Shown here: positions 1-9,000 of the stretch, one piece after another
Position numbering within the stretch: position 1 is the first letter of the stretch
Layout of the letters: every line of letters starts with the position of its first letter
From: Caecitellus pseudoparvulus
Lineage: Eukaryota; Protista; Bigyra: Bicosoecida
Assembly: GCA_965644315.1 (NCBI GenBank)
Contig: CBFFRQ010000013.1
Location: 124,001 to 188,000, forward strand
Reading direction: 5' to 3'
Length of the DNA: 64,000 nt
Program-made: the position numbers and the translations under genes
The notes under the pieces: model-generated
Seen by the model: only the letters and a program-made list of their open reading frames with translations
What the model was told of the DNA's origin: nothing
Database searches by the model: none

Positions 1-394
1 GCTGCTGCAGTGCCCCTGCCCAGCACCCGAGGCTTGCTGCCTTCGCCAGCCGGCACCGCCGGCAGCGCCTCGGCGGGCACGCCAGGCAGTGCCGCGTGGC
101 ATGGCCAGGCTGCTTGGAGCAGCCACGTGCCCCCTCATTGGGGCATGCCTGTGCCCCTGCCCCCCGCCCCCGCCATGGTGCTGCCTCCTGGTGCGCTTCC
201 CGGCGCTGTCACCATTCAGCAGCCAGGGCACGGCTCAGCTCACCAGCCCTATGCGGCCCACCAGGGCACACCCTTCCCCCCGCCATCCTGGCTTCAGGTC
301 CCCGGATTGATGCCCTCTCAGCCCAAGCGACCTCGTGTCGAGACGAGCGACGTGCTGGCGGCGGGCGCGCCTGGTCTGCCTGTGCCCCTCCCAG

Positions 395-411
395 GGCCCT
401 GTCCCATTGAG
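395..411 (+). repeat. Left terminal inverted repeat of Harbinger element
   Basis: GGCCCTGTCCCATTGAG, preceded by TSD CAG. A GGAGG at 418-422 is mirrored by CCTCC at 5377-5381. Confidence 0.88.
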
Positions 412-1015
412 TGGTTAGGAGGGGTTCGTTTTTGAGCTTGTCAGGAGGGCATGTTGGCGATAGTTGTATGTGATAATGTACTGAGTATAAAATAACGAAT
501 GCATACATTATTTTTGTCAGAGTGTGCTTGAAAGGTTGGGTCTGTGATGCAAACTGGATGCGGAATTTGCTTGCCCACGTTTGTAAAAGGAGGCTGCTGT
601 CTTATGTTCCAGTCTACTTGCGCGTATTCGTACACTTTCGTGATCCAATGCAAATTTTTATGAAGTGTGGGCCGAATTTCGAGGAATCGGGCCGTTTTGG
701 TGATCACCCTCTTTCGATTCGGGTGAGTTGTCTGTCGATTACGAACAGAGGGCCTGCGTCGTCATCGAGGTGCTCACAAACCCGCATTCGACACCGGCGC
801 AACCAGCACTCCAGCCCCCATGTGTCTTTCACAGTGTCGAACTACCGATCAAACGATCAGCGTCCCAGGGTTGCAATTCACAATTTTCACCTCGAAGGCT
901 TGCACTTCCCGCAAGGCGAGTTTCGCGGAAATCGAAATGAGTCTTGGTTGAGACAGGCCGAACAAGGCACTGTGAGAAAAGACTCCCCGTATTGTCTTGC
1001 ACAGATCATACAACC

Positions 1016-2749
1016 ATGTCTGGCATGCAATTCCTGGTTTCCTTTTTACTGTTGCGCCGGCGGCAGCATGTCCGTAGGTTGCAAGCGCTCCAAGCACTTA
1101 TTGCCACAGAAGCAGCACTGTTGCTGGCAGTGGTAGCAATGGCCGATGAAGATGGACACGAGCAGGCCGTGCCACTACCGTGCTTCGATGAAGACTGTGC
1201 TCTGGAGGAGGGCGTGAGGGCCAGCGCACGTGGCCGCACCAATCCTCTTGCAGGTTTGGCATCCGGTGTGAGGACGTGGGTGGCACGGCAACATGGAGTG
1301 CCTCTCGAAGAGCACGAGGTTTGCACAACCCCACATACGGTGTTGCAGTATACTATGAAGCAGTTGTGCTCTGTTGGTGTGAACACTATTTTAGCTCTAT
1401 CGGTGTGGTTCATGAAATCTTCTGCACCAAAACTCTGGTACAGGTGGGTCATGCATTCGATCCTACCCGTGGAAGTAGAGGCCCACGCTGTGGAGCTTGC
1501 AGGTGATGAACCTGCAGAGGAACCAGACTCACAAGAGCACAGGACCTGGCAGAGACAGCTTCGGCGCCACAGGGAAGACTGTCTGCACGAGCACTGCAGT
1601 CGCCTTGGGGCATGCGAGCGTCCCATGGTGCAGCAACAGCCATCAGTGGCAGACTGGTGGGGTGCTGTGGACTCATCATTCTGCGGCCAAGGATGCACTT
1701 TCAGTTGGCTGGAGGCTTGTTGCCTTGGAGTGCATTATATGTGCAAGGGTTTCAACATGAGAGCTGGACAAGAAGCGTTCACTGGGGCATCGAAGTCCAC
1801 ATGCAGTCGAATCCTAAAGGTTTTCTTGCGGTCTATCTCATCCAGCATGTTTGAACAGCAGGTGTACATGCCAGCACCAGATTCTGGGGAGTGGATGGAG
1901 AGTGTACGATTGAACTTTGCCCTGTCAGGCATGCAGCTGCCGTGCGTAGCAGGCAGCGTGGATGATACACATGTGCGTGCTTACATCAGTGAAGATAGTG
2001 GAAAGGGCGTATACATAAACAAGGATGGCGTGGCTTCGGTTAGTGCCCAGTGCATGGTAAGTGGCCACGGACTCTTCTGGCAAGCAGACATTGGGTATGC
2101 TGGTGCCGAAAGCGATCGGGGGAAGCTCATAAGGTCTCCCATGTTTGCGGCAATGGTCGGGAACCCAAGCTTACGTCCTTGTCCACTCCCATATACATTG
2201 GCAGCAGACTCGGGATTTCGTCCGGGGTACACATTCTTACTTCTTCCGTTCGACCAGCGGGACACTGATGTGGTGCAGCCGAATCATTTGGTGACAATTT
2301 TCCACGATGCACTTTTGCACATTCGAGTTAAGGTAGAATGTGCATTTGGAGAGCTCAAGAACAGGTTCCGCATCTTGAACAACACTGCGAATGGAAACCT
2401 TGGGCCAGCAGCAGTTGCACTGCGTCTACGTGTAGCTGTAGCACTGCATAACTTTGTACTGCGAGCTCTGCCATTGCGGGCATCTGTGTGGCATGCCCTT
2501 GATGTGACAGCGCCGGGGACTGTCTGGGGTGACCTGCTGGAAGAAGCAACGGCAAAGGTGGTAGAGGACTTGCTTGAGGCGCAGCCCCCTTCATGGAGTA
2601 TGCCGAGTGCCATGGGATGGAAGACGCAAGTGCTGGAGCTGGCGCTTGGCCAGCTTCCACCCACACCATCTTCAAGTATGCTGGGGTTCAGTATCGCTCC
2701 ATCATGGTGGGCACTGCCCAGTGGTGCCGCGAGAGAGTTGAAGAGCTAG
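1016..2749 (+). CDS. Harbinger/PIF transposase (DDE_Tnp_4, HARBI1-like); true C-terminus may lie in the shifted frame ending at 2844
   Basis: HTH-like FTGASKSTCSRIL; GSVDDTHV (cf. GAIDGTHI); YINKDG.ASVSAQ; GYAGAESD; LAADSGF; LLLPF; HIRVKVECAFGELKNRFRIL; LHNF. First ATG is at 1016. Confidence 0.92.
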   Translation: MSGMQFLVSFLLLRRRQHVRRLQALQALIATEAALLLAVVAMADEDGHEQAVPLPCFDEDCALEEGVRASARGRTNPLAGLASGVRTWVARQHGVPLEEHEVCTTPHTVLQYTMKQLCSVGVNTILALSVWFMKSSAPKLWYRWVMHSILPVEVEAHAVELAGDEPAEEPDSQEHRTWQRQLRRHREDCLHEHCSRLGACERPMVQQQPSVADWWGAVDSSFCGQGCTFSWLEACCLGVHYMCKGFNMRAGQEAFTGASKSTCSRILKVFLRSISSSMFEQQVYMPAPDSGEWMESVRLNFALSGMQLPCVAGSVDDTHVRAYISEDSGKGVYINKDGVASVSAQCMVSGHGLFWQADIGYAGAESDRGKLIRSPMFAAMVGNPSLRPCPLPYTLAADSGFRPGYTFLLLPFDQRDTDVVQPNHLVTIFHDALLHIRVKVECAFGELKNRFRILNNTANGNLGPAAVALRLRVAVALHNFVLRALPLRASVWHALDVTAPGTVWGDLLEEATAKVVEDLLEAQPPSWSMPSAMGWKTQVLELALGQLPPTPSSSMLGFSIAPSWWALPSGAARELKS

Positions 2750-2864
2750 CCCTTCTGCACCTGCAAGCACCTGAACAGCCTGGGGCTGCCGGCGAAGGTG
2801 ATGAAGGGAGTGACTGGGAAGGTGACTCTGTTGGCAGTCAATAATGCAGTGTGTTGTCTCATGT

Positions 2865-5085
2865 TCATGACTGCATGGGTTGCCCAGCAACACTACGCTT
2901 CTTCAGGGCTGTAACCATTTGAAGTCGGGCGCGTGCGACCTTCAGCTCCTTGTCTGCGTCTGACAGCGGGTGCGGTGGCATGCCACGCAAGGTTGGAGGC
3001 ACACTTCCGCTGTGCAGCTGCTCCAAAACAGTCTGAACCTGCTCTTGCATGCTAAGGTCACCGTCAATGATGCTTAGGTCCAACCACCCCTGCACTCTTG
3101 TAATTACACCTGATATCGCTGCATCTACCGCACGCTCACTATGTGCGGCAGCAGCACCTGGTGCAGGCACCGAAAGCGAAGGTGCGGGCTGCTGCACTTG
3201 CAAGGACTGCTGGAAAAACTGAAGAAGTGAGGCGTCCTGTTGTGCTTGTCGTTCCCGTGCTGCCTCTTCAGCAACCTGTCGTTTCTCCAGCGAATCTGCC
3301 AAACGGGCAACGATGTCACGCATGCCTGCGGCTGGTGGTGACGTGCCAGACCCCAGGCGACCTCCATCCAGGGCTCCAGTTGCTTTTGCAACAGCAGCAA
3401 CACGGCTTCCCGTGCTCGTTCCACTCCCCGCACCTGATAGGTACTCTCCGCCCTGTCGCGGACTTTCAGTGGGCAACGCAGCGGGCCTGCCACTCGCCAA
3501 CAGCGAGGCTACTGTGTGTGATCCTTCAGATCTAGCCTCTGCAAATATCCCGTTGGTGATGTTGCGAGGCACTGAAGACATCGTTGCCTTTGGCCTGGCT
3601 TTGCCTTGGCACACGCTTGCATAATTCATCAGCTCGCCCGGAAGCAGTCCACCGTTCAGGGGTGGATAGCGCAAGTCATCAGTTGGTCCCACAGGCAACC
3701 ACATTTCCTTGTTCGTTACGCTACACCGCAGGCGCTGGAAGCGCAAGCGCGCAGCGGCGCTTGCGTTTCGTGCCCTGCTCCACCCCACCTTCGTGATGTC
3801 CCAACGTGTGTACTTCTTTCCATTTAAATCAAGAGAGGGAGCACCAGGGTGGCTAGGGGCTGTGGGTTCGCTTGCCCCCCCGCTTCCCGTCCTTCTGCCC
3901 TCAGACCCGTTGATGATGTCAACCTGTTTCTTCAACGTTTCGAGGCTGGCCCAAGTACCTGAAGCTGGAACCAGAGCCTCACGAAGGAGGCTTGAAACCA
4001 GGACCAAGCCTGACCACGACAGGAAGGCTTCTTGGGAATCACTACCTGGTGTTGAAACCAACACCATGTACTTTGAGTCGTCTCGCTCCGGCCATGGCCT
4101 TCCTAGCATGTTCGTGTCATGCTCCTCGAAGGCAGTGAGCAGCAACGGCAAGAATTTGTGAGCTAGGCTCTTGCCCACAATGCCACTTCGCATCTTGTTG
4201 CTCCCTTGTGTGGCAAAAGTCCGGAACAGGCTTCTGTCAGAGCCTTCCGGGCATGGCTCACCCGACGAGACAACACGACCCCCAAGAGATGAGTAGTCAA
4301 TGGTACCCTCACGAACACCCAGACGAACGATAGCTCCAGACATTCTCCATGCACTTGCTTTGTTTCCAAAGGCAGCCCAGGTCGACGACGGCATCAAGGT
4401 GGCGAACTCCTTCTTGTCAGGGTGCGTCTGCACCCCATTCTTGGACGGTGTTTGCAACAGAGCTCGATCAGTAGAGGCCCACGGAATTGGGCTCGCTGAG
4501 TCGAGACGCATCAACGCACGGGCAGGGGAAGTGGCAGCTGGTGTCGCGCCGACGGCACCAGCAGCACTCCGTGGTGGGGAAGGGCTGCCAGCTGTCCAGG
4601 ACACACCACCACTCTCCAAGTCAGGACTTGAACTGTCACTCTTGCCCTCATCACCACTCATGTCAACGACCTCGTCTGCGGGCAGAGTCAGGAAGGCGTG
4701 TTTGCGAGAAGCGTTTCGGAGTTTCACACAGCGGAAATGAAAACGAACCGAAAGCTTCCAGTTGTTCCTTAGCGTTTGTCTTCATCCTCCTGGCAATGCT
4801 TGCTGTAAGGGCAGCAATCCGGACTGGTCTGGTAGGCGTTGCGATGGCGGGTGATTCTTGCGCAGCGAGTTCGCTTCCTGGAGGCGTTGCAGGCAGCTCA
4901 AACACCCGTCCTGCTGCCCCGAGCCTCGCGCCCGTCCGCAGTCGGGAAGTCGGTGCGTTACCTTGAAGGAACTGTCGGACCAGTGCATGTGTGTCCGCTT
5001 GCGAGCCTTCAACTGCGGTTCTTTTGCCACTCGTCGGCGCATCTGCCTGAACGCGTGCATTCCGGGGGCGCTTGCGGCCAGACAT
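2865..5085 (-). CDS. Harbinger ORF2, putative DNA-binding partner (Myb/SANT-like position), about 715 aa; exons 5085-4749 and 4675-2865
   Basis: A 73-nt intron GTTCGT...CTGAC...CGCAG (4748-4676) joins the two ORFs in frame (EAF-D-EVVDM). N-terminal basic NLS-like MSGRKRPR; C-terminal coiled coil; lies inside the TIRs, convergent with the transposase. Confidence 0.75.
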
Positions 5086-5387
5086 GGCAGCAAATCATTC
5101 CAAGAGTATGCTCACAACTTACTGTGAATAGTTTAAAAGTAGAGTTTGATATCCATATCTGCACTGCTCGCCATGGTACACAAACCACTGCCAGCAAGTG
5201 GCAAATTCCGCATGCTAATAGGCTCGATAAACAACGCTCTGTTGCACACGACAGAGCGGCCGTTCAAGTCTAACATCCTCTGTTAGTGTCAAGGTGACAA
5301 AACATGCTGCCTGCAGCACTTTTCCGTGAACTTCAAAAAATGCATTCTCGTTTCACAGATTTTCTCGATTCAGAGGCCTCCGCTGGC

Positions 5388-5404
5388 CTCAATGAGACAC
5401 GGCC
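5388..5404 (-). repeat. Right terminal inverted repeat of Harbinger element
   Basis: Reverse complement GGCCGTGTCTCATTGAG, followed by TSD CAG at 5405-5407. Confidence 0.88.
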
Positions 5405-6029
5405 CAGCACAGGCGCCTGTCATCCGAGGCCAAGTGGGTGCGCCCTGTGTGGCCATGCTGGGACACCTGCCCACATCCCTGGGCGCCAAGCCCGGCATGG
5501 CCCGTCTGCCAGAGGGCTGGCAGACCCCCCCCACGCGCATGGGGAGCGGTGCCCACGCTTTCCCCCTCTCCTGGGCCCAGCGACTCCCAGCCAAGTCTCC
5601 CGCCGCGGAGCACCTCGGGGGTAGCAAGCGGGCAAGACCCACTCCCTACCCCCAGTGATCATACCCCCTGGAGCTCTGTGCGAAAGCTGGGGCTGCGCGT
5701 GTCTCCCAGCCTTCAGGCCGGACCACGCGCAGACCAGCGCCAGAGCCTTGTCAACCCGTTTCGCTTCTGTTGTGATGTGATCCCGGTGGGGAGCGCCAGA
5801 GCAGGCACCCCCCACCACCGTGATGTGATACAGAGAGGGGTGCACCTTATTGTGCACCCCCATGCATGTGGGCCGATGTCTACGAACTTCAATGCAATCT
5901 CCCCGCTGCGTGCTTCGTCCGGGAAGCGCGAGAGCCCTGCCGCGCCGTGGCTGCCGCCCGTCAAATCCCAAAACAAGGACACGCCCCGATTCCAGTGCAC
6001 ACTAGTGTGCCTATCTGCCCCTTGCCGTC

Positions 6030-9000
6030 ATGGGGGCGACAGTATCCTCTTCCAAGCCAAGGCGTGGCCAGGAAGCAAGCTCCTCCGTCGCTGCGACGAG
6101 CGCTGCAGAGCACAGCACCCTCTCCTTCGCCAGCTTGCCCAAAGCCCTGGTGCGTGCGCCAACTCCGTGCACTTCACAGCACGCATACGATCCTTTTGCA
6201 CCCCGCCCCCGCGCCTGCATGCAGACCAAGCATGACTTGGACGGCTACGCGGCTGGCCTGCTACAGCTTCCTCCCGCAGCGGCAGCCGCTGAGCCAGAGG
6301 CAGCCCTGGCCGCCCACCTCGTCGGGTGGGGCTCGGGGCAGGTGAATCGCTTCATACTCAGGGTGCAGGGTGCTGTGGCGCACCTCTCTGCCAGCCCCGA
6401 CGCCGACCCCGCTGACTTTTCCACGACAAGTCTGGACAACCAGCACCCCCACCCAGCCCGCGGCCTGCCAGCGTTCAAACTCATCAAGCCCCACCTCGCA
6501 CAGCACATGACGACCACACCTCTACCAGTGCCGCTCTTTCAAGCCCTCATCACCACTCCCCACCGTGACCTGCTGTCCCCTGCAGCTCACGGCGCCCAAG
6601 CCTCCTTCCCGCTGCGCCGCCTGTCGGCAGCTTTTGCTGCCTCTACTCCCTTCTCCAGCGGCTGCGGCGGGCTCCTCCCGCAAGGCACACCCCAAACCAT
6701 TGAACAGGCAGATGCGCTGCATGCTGCGCCCCTCCTCGTCGCCCTCATCGCCACGAGCGCGGCGTCGCCCGGCGACCGCTGGCGCAAGCTGCTGCGCCTC
6801 CTGCCGTCCACCTCTCCGCCTGGCTCACCGCATGCCTGCTCCTGGGCGGCCTTCTCAAACCTAGTGCACCTACTCCTGCATGTCCTGCACGTGCTGCGCC
6901 TGCTGCCGCTGGCGCTGCTGGGCCCACGCCTGGCCCTGCTCAGCGCCCGCCTGCACACCGATGTCCGGAGCCTGCCAGGAGGGGACATGGCCCCCTCCTC
7001 CTCGCCCCGTGCCTCCACCAGCAGGCGCAGCAGTGGGCGCAGTCCACGGGCGACGGTGACGCCCTCTCGACCCATCTCCCCAGGTGGGGCGTGGGGCGCC
7101 CTGCCCAGTCCCGCTGCGCGTGGACACACGCCCAGTTGGGGACGGGACCGCAGCCCGGTTGCGTCCCGCGACCTGTCCGCCTCATCTGACACCGGCGGTG
7201 GAGGCAAGTGGGGACCAGAGCACATCCCCACCGCCACCCTGGGCTCCTGCCTTTCAGCGCACGCCGACGTGGCAGCCCTCCTCCGGGCTGTCGATGCCGT
7301 GCTGGGGCACATTCGCTCTGGCGTCACCACCCGCAGCATCAAGGGTGCCATGACGGCGTACTGCTCCCGCCTGGACACCCTGGGGGCCGAAATCAGCGCA
7401 CATAGACTGCACCAGCGCCTGGATGTGCGGGGGCCGGGGCGTGGCAGCTCCCCCCACGCCGCAGTGTTGGTGTGCCCGTTGACTGCCTCTGACCTGCAGC
7501 GGGAGCTGGGCGGCCGGGCTCCTGCGGAGGGGGGGGCGTCCACTTCGGGCACGCTGGGCGGCATGGGGCACTCTCCCCTGCTGCAGTTCCTGCAGGAGGC
7601 GGCTCAGCCAGGGTCCGCACCACGAGGGGCGGAGGACTTGTACCGGGTCCTGGATGTCACAGCCGAGGGCAGCTACCTGCCCCTGCTTGGGCAAGAGGCG
7701 CCTGTGCCGACCTCTCGGTCTGCCAAGGTCAGTGCCCGGCACCCGGCCTCGACAGGGTGGGTCTCAGGGCTCCGCAAGGCTCACACAGGTGGCTTCAGTG
7801 TCAAGCGTGCTTGGGCGCTAGCACGGGTGCCCTTGCGGGTGCTGCAGGCAGCCAACGCGCTGTTGCAGGGCGCAGTGGCGGGCAGCCTGCGCCGGGACAC
7901 CCTGGCCGCAGCCCTGCCAGGCCAGTTGGAGCAAGTGCATTGTTTGCGTCTGCTCACTCGGTCGGGTGCACCTGGAGCGCCGGTCCTGCCCTCCGGCACG
8001 CTGTCTCTGGCCGCCAGCAAGGCGCAGGCTGCCAAGCACCAGCGCGCGTCTCGAGCCATCGCCGACTCCCCCAACCTCCTGTCCGTCATCGCCAGCGTGG
8101 GGGGCGGCGGACACCGAAGCTCCGCAGTGTCCTTCGCCTCACTGCACTCCGCTGCCACAGCTGCAGAGGGGGTAGGCAGGGGCCCCGGCGGCGCTCACAC
8201 CCGGGACGGCCTGTCCAGCTTGGCCACCAGGGTGGTGGCGTCTTCCTCCTACGCGGGGCAGTCCTGGTTCTCCCCCCTCTCAGTGGTCGCGCACACGGCA
8301 GGCTGCATCCCACGCATATCTGTCAAGGCCGCCCAAGACACATACACGTCAGAGTGGGACCTGAACCAGCAGCTGGGCAAGCCGTGCCCGCCTCCTTCCT
8401 CCATGCACCCCATCAAGCGCATGTTTGCCGTGAGGGACGGTGCGGCGCTGGAACTGGCCAGTCGCAAGCTGCACCGAGCAGCCAGTCGGCGTGCAGCGTC
8501 AGGGGCACGCCTGACGCCCCTGGCTCACGGCAAGCAAGGTGGTCCCGCCCGCTCCCCCTCCCAACACCCCCTGCAAGTCAAGACGTCTGGTCTGTCGGCT
8601 GCCTCCACGACTAGCGACGGTGTGGAGGAGTGGGTCACAGGTCTCTCCAGCGCCGCCAGCACGCCCCTCAGGCGCATCGGCTCCACACTGCCCCGCCTAC
8701 TCAGCCGCACCGGCAGCATGTCCCCCTCCAGCGTGGCTTTTCGACCACCGCCCGTGGACACCAGTGTTGGGCAACGCACTCCTGCTGCCGGCACCGGCAG
8801 TGCCGTGCTGGGTCCTGGCTTTGTTGACGGCAATGTCTCGGGCGATGACTCCGAGTCCGACGACGGCAACGCAGCAGAGAGCACAGGTGGCGCGAGCGCC
8901 AACCCGGCCCCACGCAGCCTTGCTGGTTGGCGCACCGTCATGCGCAAGTTCCCTCGCCTCATCCACATCATGACACAGCTGTCAGCTGTGCAGCTGCTGG

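Larger units (their letters stand above)
395..5404. mobile_element. PIF/Harbinger superfamily DNA transposon, full length (5010 bp), two-gene structure
   Basis: Left TIR GGCCCTGTCCCATTGAG (395-411) matches the reverse complement of right end CTCAATGAGACACGGCC (5388-5404) at 15/17. CAG is duplicated at 392-394 and 5405-5407 (3-bp CWG-type TSD). Interior is visibly less GC-rich than the flanks and encodes a Harbinger DDE transposase plus a convergent ORF2. Confidence 0.93.
1..5658 (+). pseudogene. 3' part of a Pro-rich host gene interrupted by the transposon (1-394 plus 5408-5658)
   Basis: Frame is open from the window start. Removing the element and one TSD gives ...GLPVPLP-AQAPVIRG...SKRARPTPYPQ* in one frame. 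Confidence 0.65.

Noticed and set aside
441-1136. ORFs 441-707 (-), 522-1136 (+) and 728-940 (+) as a third transposon gene
   Set aside because: Non-ATG starts and no motifs; more likely subterminal/promoter sequence.
401-5407. Transposon spliced out as an intron using GT at 401 and the TSD AG
   Set aside because: It would preserve frame (+6 nt), but GTCCCA is a poor donor and 5 kb is far above local intron sizes.
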